NCBI GenBank assembly: GCA_965644295.1
Contig: CBFFRP010000147.1
Span: forward strand, 62,001 to 126,000
Direction: 5' to 3'
Source: Paraphysomonas bandaiensis
Lineage: Eukaryota > Protista > Chrysophyceae
DNA: 64,000 bases
Part shown: positions 1 through 12,972 of the stretch, piece after piece
How positions within the stretch are numbered: the stretch's first letter is position 1
Layout: each line of letters starts with the position of its first letter
Made by a program: the position numbers and the translations under genes
The notes under the pieces: model-generated
Databases searched by the model: none
The model's input: the letters and a program-made list of their open reading frames with translations, nothing else
Told to the model about the DNA's origin: nothing

Positions 1-171
1 AGAAACTGAAAATATAGTAGCTGTTAAAGATATGATTTGTAGAACAGAATGTTGATGTTGGTGAATGACGTGGTTCCTAACTCACAGTGCTACAACATCA
101 TAAACTTACTATATCTCCTATGATATCAATCAGTCAATGCATACTGCACTAACTAAAACCTTAAATTAATA

Positions 172-273
172 TTATGGGTATAGGTCTAACTAGTAGATCT
201 AGCATTCAACTAGCCACTATATCGGAACGAGTTTTTAATTTTTAACGCCTATTGCTAAATAAAAAGACTTTCA
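172..273 (+). mobile_element. Relic 3' end (3' UTR) of the RNase H LINE family found at 52247-54220
   Basis: Matches the reverse complement of 52250-52345: ggtctaactagta..tagcattc..ctagccacta..aacgcctattgctaaataa..agac.ttca. Confidence 0.65.
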
Positions 274-724
274 ATATATAATATTATATTATTGTGAAAT
301 AACTTTATAATAACAATATTGGTGGGTTGTTATAGCTGATAGCTGACCGATCACAATTTTTTACCATAAAATATATATAATATATTGTTTATACTGCTGG
401 AAAATTGTATACAGGCTCTATATTTAATATTTATAGTTAGCTGTGCCATACTATCAACTTACTCTAAAGAGTGTAGACTTGATTGTAATTATGATAGTGA
501 ATTTAATTGCAAGCTTCATATTAATTTAATGTCATTATTAGTTGATGCTATACTAATCATGTACCTTTTTCTTGCTAGGTCTCATCTGTCGTTTAAGAGT
601 TTAATGTCGTAATAAGCATACCACCTATTTACTTGACATAGCAGATATCAAATTGTTCAAACACCCGCTTGGATATCTACAGATGTATAGTACGACAATA
701 TAAGTAGTGGTGTATATTTCCTGT

Positions 725-2334
725 CTACTTGTATGTCATGACTCCGTCTTCTAGTCTACCAAAGTAGAACTCAAATATGTCAGCAAAGTAGTTTTGATAA
801 TATCTCCATGGGGATCGTCTACCCTGTTTCGGGAAGAGGTGAATAGCCCGTTGTATATAACCAGAAGACAAATCAATAAGGTCTTCTCCTTCGTCTTGAG
901 GGCTTTCTCCCTTACGATTACCATACACTGGGCAGCATTTTCGAAATCCTTTGCGGTCCATATATTTCAGGAGCCGACAAACATATGTACCGATCAGATC
1001 AACCTTGAGTGTGAACGTAAGGTTGGTATAACCGACAGACAGTACAAAGTTGGGCACACCACCAATCATTACACCCTTGTACATGAATCGCTTGTTCCAG
1101 TTGTCCATACGCTCTCCGTCCACATATACCTCCGCTCCACCTCCAACCTTAACGTTTAATCCTGTCGCCGTCACTACAATATCCGCTTCAAGTTCCACTG
1201 CCTCAGCGTCTGGAGAGTCTATATCCCGTACTTGCACACCGCGCTCTGTGAAAGTATCAATGGTCGCGGTTACTACGCTGGCTCGCTTGCTTTTAATTGC
1301 CTTAAAGAGATCCCCATCAGGAACCAAGCAGAATCTCTGGTCCCAGGGTTTATACCTAGGAGAAAAATGTTTTTCCGCGTCGCAATCCCGCCCTACCTCT
1401 CTCTTCACCCCAGATACTATCAAACGCTTAATCGTCCCAGGAAATGTCCGGCAAATGTGGTAAAACAGTGTCCCAAACAAAATATTTTTCCACCGGTTGA
1501 GGAAGTGGGCGATGGAGTGGGGCAGGTACTTCACGAGAAAGTTTCCCACAGGGTCTTCAGACGGCATACTGCCAATATATGTAGGAGACCGCTGGAGCAT
1601 CGTGACATGTGCCGCAGTTTTGGCCATCTCAGGCACTAATGTAACAGCAGTTGCTCCACTGCCAATCACTATCACACGCTTATCTTTGTAGTCCAGAGAC
1701 TCTGGCCAATGCTGTGGGTGCACAATAATGCCCTTGTATTGTTCGCTGCCCGTGAATATCGGCGAATAGCCGGCATCGTAATCGTAGTATCCTGTGCACA
1801 CAAACAGAAATCGACATGTGTACAATATACGGTCGCTGGTATCGTTGGAACCGGTGCGCGTAGTTTCTACAGTCCACAGGCAGGTAGAGCTGTCCCAGGA
1901 CATACGACGCACCATAGTATTCATGCGGATATGCTCCTCAATATTGTACTTCTTAGCTGTCTCTTTTATGTACCTGAGGATCGACTCGCCATCGGCGATT
2001 GCCTTATTATCAGTCCAGGGGGAGAAGCTATAGCCCTATACACATCGTAGTACACATGAGCCAGTCTCAATCACATGCATGGCAGCAGAGTCTACCAGAG
2101 TGTACATGTCACTGTCAGAGCGGATTCCAGGGTACTTGAAGAGGTCCCATGTGCCGCCTATGGAGTCCCTGCCCTCAAGGATGACGTAGCTGTAGTGAGG
2201 GAGCTCTGTCTGCATCCTGTAGCCGGCTGCTATACCAGACAACCCTACACACACACACACATGAGGCAACAGACATATCGATCAAGACATATCTGACCTG
2301 CTCCGATGACCACAGTATCGAAGTAATTCTCCAT
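725..2334 (-). CDS. FAD-containing Baeyer-Villiger-type monooxygenase, EthA-like; 3 exons (introns ~2036-2095 and 2245-2297)
   Basis: Spliced N-terminus MENYFDTVVIGAGLSG (GxGxxG), GGTWDLFKYPGIRSDSD, BVMO fingerprint variant YKGIIVHPQHWP, second Rossmann motif VIGSGATA, ATG motif VTATG; GT-AG introns restore the frame. Confidence 0.9.
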
Positions 2335-2680
2335 GATATCGCTATAGTTATCGACCTCCTCAATGCTGTTGTGGCACCATATAACTGACCGCTCCGCGAG
2401 CCTCTTAAACAACACGCACATACAGCACACAGCCAGCCCATATCATACTACAGGTACTACTGCTGTACTGGTACACAGTACACAGGTACATCAGCATATG
2501 CTATATGGATATACTGCTGTATAACTCCTGTATTTTGGCATACGATATGTGTGTGGTGCTGGTGGTGTGTGAATTTTCTGGGAAAGGTATATGCTGTATT
2601 TTCAGTGCATATTGTGGATCTGGAAGGATTGGGATTTTAGGAGGAGAATGTGGACCGTACGTGGCTGTGCTGTGTATCCC

Positions 2681-2930
2681 ATACATACATACATACATAC
2701 ATACATACATACATACATACATACATACATACATACATACATACATACATACATACATACATACATACATACATACATACATACATACATACATACATAC
2801 ATACATACATACATACATACATACATACATACATACATACATACATACATACCTACATACCTACATACATACATACATACATACATACATACATACATAC
2901 ATACATACATACATACATGCATACATACAT
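2681..2930. repeat. (ATAC)n microsatellite, ~60 units, between the divergent monooxygenase and ABCG genes
   Basis: Directly visible; a few ACCT/ATGC variants at the right end. Confidence 0.98.
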
Positions 2931-3010
2931 GCATTCACAATAGAGTTAGTGGTCACCTTACAGGCCTGCTATTGCCGGATATATATTACAAAGTGCCACA
3001 TAGCCGCATA

Positions 3011-5167
3011 ATGACGGAACTATCTGTTCGTGGGGATGTTGAAGAGAGTCTTGGAGCGGAAGGGGGAGAAGAACACGTCTATAAGCCAGTGCCCGGCAAG
3101 AGCTCTATGTTTAGCGAGAGGCAGGGGAGAGACATCATGTGGCGTGGAGTGAACTTCACTGTGAAGGGAAAGATGAAGGTTTTGTCTGATTGCTGGGGCT
3201 GTGTCGAGCATGGGAAGGTGTGTGCCATCATGGGGCCCTCAGGTACCATACAGTGCACTGCATATCTGTTAGGAATGTAATTGCGACGTAGGATCGGGTA
3301 AGAGCAGTCTGCTGAATGTTTTGGCGGGGCGTTCTGCGTCTGCTCCCGGTATATCTGTGTCCGGGCATGTGTCAGTGGATGGCGTGGACATTAATCCAGT
3401 CGCATACAGGCGCAATATTGCATACGTCATGCAGGACGATGCACTTATGGCGACTGCGACTCCGAGGGAAGCACTACGCTTTTCGGCAGCTTTGAGACTA
3501 AAATCCGTATCTGCTAGTGACATTGAGAATCTGGTAGATCAGACATTGGATGCTCTTGGTATTTTGGATTGCGCTGACACGTTCATCGGAAATGCCCTCC
3601 TAAAGGGTATATCTGGTGGGCAGAGAAAGCGTACCAGTGTAGGTGTGGAGCTGATTACTAACCCATCCCTTCTTTTTCTGGATGAGCCCACCTCGTAAGT
3701 ATGAGTAATGTGAGAGTTGCATTTCATCGTAACCTCTGTGTAGGGGACTGGATTCTTACACCGCCTACCAATTAATAAAGGTGTTAAGGAAGATTGCCTC
3801 CAGCAATGCCACGGTACTTTGCACCATTCACCAGCCTTCATCTGAGGTGTTCCATCTCTTTGATTTGGCGATATTTCTCAAGGCAGGGCGGGTTCTTTAC
3901 TCTGGACCGGTCAAGGGTATCGTGGATCGCTTCATGTCTATCGGACATCCTTGCCCTGCCAATTACAACCCCGCCGACCACGTAATGTTTATTACGCAAA
4001 CCGAAAGCACAGAGTCCTTGGAACAATGTGGAGCCTTTCAAAACGCACCAGGATCATCAAAGAGTGAAGGTGAATGCAATGGTAACCAAAAGGGAGATAC
4101 TGTGGACGAAGATACAGCGCGAGAAGGAGCACCCTCATGCCAGGTGATTGAGGAGTTGCATGCGAACTTTTTCAAGCAAGTAGCGTGGCTGGTGCACAGA
4201 GAATTTCATAACACTATTCGAAACAAACCCGCACTAGCAGGACGCTTCGGAGTTACAATAATTCTTAATATAATTTTTGGGCTCATATTTCTAGGAGCCG
4301 GAAACAATGACGACAGCGATCAAGACAACTTCAACGGTAAATTAACCCTATAAGACAATCGAATGCTAATTTTTGTTTTATGTGTCCAGCCCACAATGGT
4401 GTCGTAGTTATGACGATGATATCTGCTATGTTCGGTAGTGCGCAGCCAACGCTTCTGGAATTTCCTAACGAACGCCCCATGTTCATGCGAGAATTTTCGA
4501 CTGGGACTTACGGCACGCCTGCGTACACCGTAGCCAAGCTCTGCATGGAGCTCCCACTGTCTATTGCCCAGTCTATGGTGCAGATGGTAGGGGCATGATG
4601 CTTGCTGTCTATGTTTCCTTGCTGTTGAAATATGCTGCTTGTCTCCATATTGAGTATTTCATGTAGTTCTTGTGATTAAACTGACATCTTCTTATTCGTT
4701 ATGTTCAGATAATAATATACTTCATGGCGGATTTACGAGGTAACTACTTTGCTCTAGCTGGTTCAGCCCTTGGTACTGGTCTGGCCTCTGCCTCCGTTGC
4801 TGTACTTCTGGGATGTCTGGTCACAGATCCGAAACAAGCAACAGAAATGATGCCACTACTACTTGTTCCTCAGATTCTTTTTGCGGGTTTTTTTATTCGG
4901 ACTGAGCAGATCCCAGTCTGGCTGCGGTGGGCGCAGTATCTATGCAGCCTCAAGTATGGGCTTAACTTGTTTATCACCAATGAGTTCGCGTCATATCGGG
5001 AGTCCTGTTCTGGAGATGCTGCAGCCAACTGCATAAAAATAAAAGAAGCTAACGACATTGATCCTTCTCACTGGTGGGTATACGTGTTAGTGTTAGCCGT
5101 ACTCTTTCTTGGATTCAGAATTATGGCAATGATCGTGCTGTCTAAACGCGCTGTGAGGTTTTACTAG
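3011..5167 (+). CDS. ABCG (White-family) half-transporter, NBD followed by TMD, about 5 exons
   Basis: Walker A split by an intron (GPS|GSGKS), signature ISGGQRKR, Walker B LFLDEPT|SGLD, CTIHQPS, YNPAD, ABC2 membrane region ERPMFMRE and LFAGFFI..IPVWLRW. Confidence 0.93.
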
Positions 5168-6181
5168 AAACTACGAGAATACTTGAGACTGGGAAATTGT
5201 ATTTCTGAGAATGAATCTTAGAGCAAGTCTGTCATTGTACTCAGACATGAGACACGAATTGAATAAAAGTTCCTATAAAGTTAATAATAATTGCTGCAGT
5301 TTTGATATGTTTTGGTATGTCACACAGACTTCTTAACCAATAAACAACCTAATGTACTAGGCCTAGGAAACAAGACACCACAGAATTGCATTTTATATTA
5401 TATTGTTCTATTGCAGTAGTATTGTTTGGAGTGGTTAGAAAAGTATTGATGGACGCTATCTTACAATACTATTGCGATGTCTTGTTCTTCAGCCCTGAAA
5501 TATACTAGAAATTAGGAAAGTACGCGTATTAGGAATCTATAATGATATAATACCGATTTGGTATAAAAAAGAAAGAAAAAACTTTGATTAATAGGCTATA
5601 AATCATTTCAAACGTGCTACTTTCATTGAGTTGATATCATGAGGACGACAGTACATCACCCTTTCGAGTGTAAAACGAGCACATATGCTTAGTTGAAGTA
5701 CATACGATGATATGATCAGCATCTCTTGACGATATTCCGAACTGCACAATAGAGAACAGGGCAGTAGAGTATAGAGCGGTGTAACTCTCCAGATGAAGGC
5801 TAGTCCACACCGCTACATACTCACATACTTAAGCGTCGTGTTCATTTCATACATACGAACGTTTCTCAGACGATCACTTGATAGGATGCAGTGACATAAC
5901 TCTGTATCAAGCAGCAGTTTTAATCCGTTTCCAGTGCAGTGTGCTTACAGCTTCAGCAGTGTACCGCTACTGCATCTCTTGTGCAGCTCCAGCTGCAGTC
6001 ATGTGCTTGTGTGTATCTTCAGATCTTGTGGATATGTATGTATGTAGCATTGCTGTGTGGTAGTCTCCACTCTGCACCATATGCAGCTCAAGCGGTATTG
6101 TGCTGTATTATAGCGTATTTGTACATACACAGATATGCAGCTTCTATATACAGCACATGCATATATAGTATGTATGTATGC

Positions 6182-6332
6182 CGTATCGGCAGTCAGCATC
6201 TTATTTTTCGGGAAGAAATTGAAGCAAATATACTCTATATCACTGCAATACAACTACGGCTGTAATACAGATAATTATTGTTTCAACATTAGGGGCATCT
6301 CTGAACAAAAATATACAAAGGATGCCGATATG
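6182..6332 (+). mobile_element. 151-bp MITE-like element, copy 1
   Basis: Termini CGTATCGGCA...TGCCGATATG, flanked by GC on both sides; homologous to 30526-30676 (reverse) and 35449-35600. Confidence 0.8.
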
Positions 6333-6421
6333 GCAGACCAGAGACGCAGATCATGAATGGGGTGTCCTCTCCTGTCCTGCAGCAGCAGATGTAGACTCCC
6401 AATGCACTATCCTATCAGCCG

Positions 6422-7497
6422 ATGCATATAGTACGACTCTTATCCCTATTATCGTTTCTGCTCTGCGTATGCGCCCATAGGCTTCCTGCTATATCCGGCG
6501 AGTCGTTTCTCGCTCGACCTCATCACAGAGTTTCGTCCCATCCGATGAACGCACATGCATATACTGCACACCCCTCGGAGCCAATAGCCTTACAAGAGTC
6601 TCGTCTATCTAGCGTCCCTAATATCTTGTCGCTGTCGAGACTGTTTGCTGTCCCATTCTTCATAGCTGCGTATGTTACGGAAATGGTTTGACTTAATATA
6701 CGAACAGTACTTATATGTTGACTTGTCATCATAGAAATCTCTATGCACTGGTCTGTTTGTGGCGTCATGTTTGACGGACTATCTGGATGGCTTCATTGCG
6801 AGGCGTTTGAATGTTAGCTCTGACTTTGGTGCATTTATAGATCCCGTTGCCGACAAGGTACTGTGCCTCCACTTTTGACATTCGAGTGTATACTTGTAAC
6901 CTTCATGATGCCAATGAAGCCGTAGTTTGATACGTCTTTGAATTAGACCAAGTGGTCCTAGAGGCTGTCGACTTATATTTCAGTGCCTACTATATGTGAC
7001 TTGCGTGCAGATTCGTTGACGATTCTGTGTGCAGATAACGGTTGTCACTGCAATGATCATGCTCCTCGTCAAACTGCCCCAGTTTGCTATTGCAATACCA
7101 GGTTTGTTACTGTCATTCATAAAGCACTGCTCTCTCTCTTACATCGCCCCGTCTATGTACTTGTCGTTCAGTGGCCATGAATGTGGCAAGAGAAGTATTT
7201 GTTTCTGGTCTAAGAGAATGGATGGCAACTAGAGGACGAAGAAGCGTGGTTAAGGTAGGATTCGCGGGAAAGCTCAAGACCGCCACACAGATGGTGTCCA
7301 CGGCCATGCTGCTCCACATATCAATGACGTATAGAGACCCTCTTGCCAAAGTTGTATCTCTGTCAGGGCTTGTTGATGGACCCAAAGAGTTAATGGTGGC
7401 TGTGTGTATGTTTTATTTATCGCTTACACTGTCGTGGATATCAGCGTTTCAATATTTATCTGCGGCTTGGCCTGCGCTGACAAACCGTAAAAATTAA
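6422..7497 (+). CDS. pgsA: CDP-diacylglycerol--glycerol-3-phosphate 3-phosphatidyltransferase (CDP-alcohol phosphotransferase) with signal peptide and probable plastid transit peptide; about 4 exons
   Basis: [61 protein letters not shown]; hydrophobic N-terminus followed by a Ser/Arg/His-rich linker. Confidence 0.85.
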
Positions 7498-8051
7498 TAG
7501 ACTTTGCGAAACAGTACTCACACTATGCAGTGAGCAATAATAATATTTTAAAATGCTTATACGATGGTGGCTCAATCGTGTCACTACTGGATAGTTACTC
7601 TAAAACACTATTTTCTTGATGCCAACTAGAAAGTGTAGACTGTGGTCATTTCGAACGTTCGAACTCCGTCATTTTACTATAGCAGTATTATCACAAGGGC
7701 AGGACAATTCCTTTACTATTCTTCATTTTCAAAGTAAGTTAACATTCAACGAAAGCAACGCCGATTTTCCGTGGATAGTATGTACTCTGTTTAAGACATG
7801 AGATATTGAACATGATATGTACCAGTTAGTGGCATATTATTAACTACCAGTAAGTTGAAACTGGTAGCAGAAGTCGTACCAAAATATGTAATCCTTGTAG
7901 CTTTCAAAAACACTTTTCACTATCATTTCAACACAGCTCAATGTCAAGAGAAGGATATCATTATTAGCAAAAATCACAGGCCAGATAATTTATCAAGTAG
8001 CAATATAAAAACATGACAATTTATCCCACCAGATAGTTATTCAACATTTGC

Positions 8052-8742
8052 TTAAATGCAATTATTCTCTGTGAGTCTGCCATGCTTGGAAATGTACTTG
8101 GCGATGTTGCCATCAGCTTGGATCCATCCCTCCTTGCGTCCCTTAGCATAGTCAGCTCTGTCGTACGGAGTAAATCCCCAGTTATTAGATCTCATAACCT
8201 TTTGTCTCCCAGGGAACTTAAACTTAGCACGGCGGAGAGCCTCAATAGCGTTCTTGGCAAGAGCATCCTTTGTGCGGATAGAAAAGATGATCTGTCCGAT
8301 GGCAATACGAGCAGACATCTCCATAGGTTTACCGTAGGAACCACGCATACCAGATGAAAGACGATCGGCACCAGCACATGAAAGCATCTTATTTTGACGC
8401 AACACATGGAAGGGGTGAGGTCTGCATCTAATGTGGAAAGTGTCTTTGCCGCCAGTCTTGATCATGTACTTGTTGCAGGCAACACGAGCAGCCTCAAGAG
8501 CAGCAGATGTGAGCTGCTCCTTCTCGTCAGACACTAAATGACAGACAAAAGGAAACAGATCAACAGATGCCTTCTTGGCACCGCAATCAAAGATCCTGAT
8601 CTTGGCATCGGGCACACCTCTGCAAAACCTGGACTTGATGTAAGGTTTGTTCTTCTGAAAGCGAGAGCAGCGAGCCGGTCCTGTGAAATATAACGTAAAT
8701 AATTGCATTAAAAATAATAAGCATTAACGTACTTCTTCCCAT
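8052..8742 (-). CDS. RPL10: 60S ribosomal protein L10 (uL16), one short 5' intron
   Basis: MGR|[54 protein letters not shown]. Confidence 0.97.
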
Positions 8743-9255
8743 GATTATTGCTGTTCAGACTACCTCCAGAGAGTCTCTTAATATGTTGATACTATCAGAG
8801 TTACGTCCTCTCGAGCTGCTCTTATAGTACACATATACAGAACGAGTTCCTTACTATGAAACCTCACAACTCCATCCGAAAGAAGGAAATCTTCAAAAGA
8901 CATTTTCAGTTTAGAAAATTTATTTTATTTTTCAGTTCTGTCACAATACAATACAATACATATACACAGGCGTATACCGTATACTGCATATATGTGTACA
9001 AACATGTCCATAGCAGATACATATGCCATGATGAACTCAATGCAATACAAACTGATGCAGCTCCGTTTATTTATATTCACTTGATATCTTATAATCATCC
9101 GATGCTTTGGAGTCTCAGTATTAGTTAGCTCTATCGCTGATGAGTATATACATTCTCTATATACTATATGCTATACGCTATACGCTATACCCTGTATGGC
9201 GTATGACAATAGTGCTCGTAAAAACACCACTATAGAGATGTTCATATAATACTAC

Positions 9256-12200
9256 TATATGGGAGAGTAGTATCATTCAAGTGACATGTCACTCCTCTGG
9301 TAAAACAGAGGAACAGTGCACACGTAATCGAACAATGATCCAGTGCAACCAGGGATAGGGAATAATATATTGCAATACTATTGTTAGATAGCGCTCCATC
9401 AATAGTATTGATGAAGTTTTTAAACCGGTCCTACAATATGTTGCCATATATTAGTATGACTAATCAGTAAGTAAATAACAGAAACAACATTTATGGAATA
9501 TTCGACCAGTCCACCAATCAACAAATTATACAGTATATTGTACAATGTAATGCAATGCAATATACTGTTCCCTATCCCTGAGTGCAACGGCCTCTGACAC
9601 CGTAAATATTGATTTCTGTTATACGAACAGCGGTGTGACATATGACACTCCGACAACAAGTGAATGCGAGATTTACATTTGCAGAGCTGCCTGTAGTATT
9701 GTCGCGAGACAGAACTTTTACATTAAAAAACAACGTTGCTAAGCAATAACTTGCATGATTCGTTTAGTATTCAGTATATTAATTATTTATGGAAAATATA
9801 GACAATCAGCTTGCTACGCTGTAACTTCATCGTGACTGAACCAGCAGTCAGCTCGACTACACGCCTTGCCGTATTTGCACGGTACTCTGTTAAATTGCGA
9901 GTGTGTCTTTTGCTGGCGCTCCTTTTGTCGATACTTTTTCTTCTCACTCGCATGTCCCCCACCCCATTTGCATACTGTCCGTGCCACTTTACCGACCGGT
10001 ACTTCTCCACTCTCCTCTTCGCGCCCACGTTTAACCAGTTTTGAGCTCACACCATTGTCTGTTATTTCTAAATCTGCAGCAGGCACGGTAATATCCTCAG
10101 CAACGCATAGGGGACAGCGCATCTTCATTAGTGAAGCTTGATCAGTGGCTTTGTCTACTTTCTTAGTACAACATCCCTCACAGAGAAGCACCGGTACACC
10201 GCACATACTGCACTTCTTCTTTCCAATATAGCGATCCCATGGTACGCCACAAGCACAACATCTTCCCAGCAGTTCGGCGTTTTCCTCTACTTTATCCTTC
10301 GATTTCTTCTTCTTTTTCTTCTTGGGTTCATCAGGTCGCTTTAGAACCCCACCCACACCCTCTGGACAACCCACCCCGAATGCTTCTCTCTTATCAAATA
10401 CATAGTTCTTTCCCTCCCAAAATCCTCCATCTGGGAACTTCTGCATGTAGCTTTCTATCCCACCTTTGAGTTGGAACACTCCCTCAATAGTGTCACCATA
10501 TTCGTGCTTCAGCAAGGCCGAGGCACGCTCGCATCTGAAATGAAGATTAAAATTCTATACAGAAATAATATCCATAGAAATACGATACAACTATTTATAC
10601 TTATGGCCGACATATATACGCTATGGGTGGAAGAACTAACCTGACACCACCTGTGCAGTACATTAAAACATTCTTCCCTTTAAGCTGTTCTTTAGTTTCT
10701 TCCTTGTTGATCCACGCTGGGAAGTCTGTGCTTTTCCTCATTTCCGGTATTAGTAAAGAGGCTCCACCAGCCTTTTCTTGTCGACCAAATCTGCCAATAT
10801 CGCTTTCATATGCATTGCGAACATCTATGACTACAGTGTTGGGCTGTAGGTGTCCATTATATGGGAGAGTAGTATCATTCAAGTGACATGTCACTCCTCT
10901 GGTAAAACAGAGGAACAGTGCACACGTAATCGAACAATGATCCAGTGCAACCAGGGATAGGGAATAATATATTGCAATACTATTGTTAGATAGCGCTCCA
11001 TCAATAGTATTGATGAAGTTTTTAAACCGGTCCTACAATATGTTGCCATATATTAGTATGACTAATCAGTAAGTAAATAACAGAAACAACATTTATGGAA
11101 TATTCGACCAGTCCACCAATCAACAAATTATACAGTATATTGTACAATGTAATGCAATGCAATATACTGTTCCCTATCCCTGAGTGCAACGGCCTCTGAC
11201 ACCGTAAATATTGATTTCTGTTATACGAACAGCGGTGTGACATATGACACTCCGACAACAAGTGAATGCGAGATTTACATTTGCAGAGCTGCCTGTAGTA
11301 TTGTCGCGAGACAGAACTTTTACATTAAAAAACAACGTTGCTAAGCAATAACTTGCATGATTCGTTTAGTATTCAGTATATTAATTATTTATGGAAAATA
11401 TAGACAATCAGCTTGCTACGCTGTAACTTCATCGTGACTGAACCAGCAGTCAGCTCGACTACACGCCTTGCCGTATTTGCACGGTACTCTGTTAAATTGC
11501 GAGTGTGTCTTTTGCTGGCGCTCCTTTTGTCGATACTTTTTCTTCTCACTCGCATGTCCCCCACCCCATTTGCATACTGTCCGTGCCACTTTACCGACCG
11601 GTACTTCTCCACTCTCCTCTTCGCGCCCACGTTTAACCAGTTTTGAGCTCACACCATTGTCTGTTATTTCTAAATCTGCAGCAGGCACGGTAATATCCTC
11701 AGCAACGCATAGGGGACAGCGCATCTTCATTAGTGAAGCTTGATCAGTGGCTTTGTCTACTTTCTTAGTACAACATCCCTCACAGAGAAGCACCGGTACA
11801 CCGCACATACTGCACTTCTTCTTTCCAATATAGCGATCCCATGGTACGCCACAAGCACAACATCTTCCCAGCAGTTCGGCGTTTTCCTCTACTTTATCCT
11901 TCGATTTCTTCTTCTTTTTCTTCTTGGGTTCATCAGGTCGCTTTAGAACCCCACCCACACCCTCTGGACAACCCACCCCGAATGCTTCTCTCTTATCAAA
12001 TACATAGTTCTTTCCCTCCCAAAATCCTCCATCTGGGAACTTCTGCATGTAGCTTTCTATCCCACCTTTGAGTTGGAACACTCCCTCAATAGTGTCACCA
12101 TATTCGTGCTTCAGCAAGGCCGAGGCACGCTCGCATCTGAAATGAAGATTAAAATTCTATACAGAAATAATATCCATAGAAATACGATACAACTATTTAT

Positions 12201-12447
12201 ACTTATGGCCGACATATATACGCTATGGGTGGAAGAACTAACCTGACACCACCTGTGCAGTACATTAAAACATTCTTCCCTTTAAGCTGTTCTTTAGTTT
12301 CTTCCTTGTTGATCCACGCTGGGAAGTCTGTGCTTTTCCTCATTTCCGGTATTAGTAAAGAGGCTCCACCAGCCTTTTCTTGTCGACCAAATCTGCCAAT
12401 ATCGCTTTCATATGCATTGCGAACATCTATGACTACAGTGTTGGGCT
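9256..12447. repeat. Tandem duplication with a 1602-bp period: 9256-10845 = 10858-12447, with a 12-nt junction insert at 10846-10857
   Basis: Sequences and ORF translations look identical at an offset of 1602. Confidence 0.95.
9814..10845 (-). pseudogene. 5'-truncated duplicate of the TrhO/TSTD2-like gene (most of the rhodanese domain and the C-terminal part; N-terminal domain and promoter missing)
   Basis: Identical to 11416-12447; begins mid-exon at ..PNTVVIDVRN. Confidence 0.85.
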
Positions 12448-12972
12448 CAGCGAGCTTGGAGTGGTACTCCTCAGCGTCCAGATGGACACCTACAGGAACT
12501 ATAAACAATACATATATAATATATATAATAACTACATACCTCCAGGGCCTAGTTGTTCCTCGGCATCTATACCATAGTAGACCAGCTCCTGCACTGGTAA
12601 TACCCTCAAATCTTTGAACGCACGGTCATTGGAGAGACCGTCAATGTATTTGAAGTATGTTTCATTAAAATGAGAATCAAATGTTTTCAGTGCAACTACA
12701 AAACGGTCTATGTTCTCGCGGGGACCTGATATGGTAGCGTTAATTCCTTCACGTGCGATTCTGAGCCTGCCGCCAATATTGCACTCTATTCCACTCTTTT
12801 CAACAAATTTAATGGCATCTGCCTTTCGACTATCGCTCCATAGGGGTGATATGTACTGATAAAACAAAGATATAGTGATAGGATCAGAGGGATCATACGG
12901 AGATACTTTTATTTGAGACGCTGACGGAAACCATCTGCCGAGAGACTTCTTTCTACTGACGCCCTCAGCCAT
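11416..12972 (-). CDS. UPF0176/TrhO (TSTD2-like) rhodanese-domain protein with a C-terminal CCCH zinc finger; 3 exons
   Basis: N-domain LFYQY..GRLRIAREGINATISG, IDVRNAYESDIGRF, catalytic loop MYCTGGVR|CE, QLKGGIESY, WEGKNYVFDKR, Cys-rich Rhodanese_C, terminal CKYGKACSRADCWFSH. Confidence 0.88.

Noticed and set aside
794-2050. Many antisense or overlapping ORFs on real genes (also over the kinase, transposase, ATP-grasp and Copia)
   Set aside because: Shadow frames with no recognisable motifs.
2501-3280. ORFs of MYVC/IHTY repeats (also at 38059-38430 and 55979-56328)
   Set aside because: Translations of stop-free (ATAC)n microsatellites; no independent coding signal.
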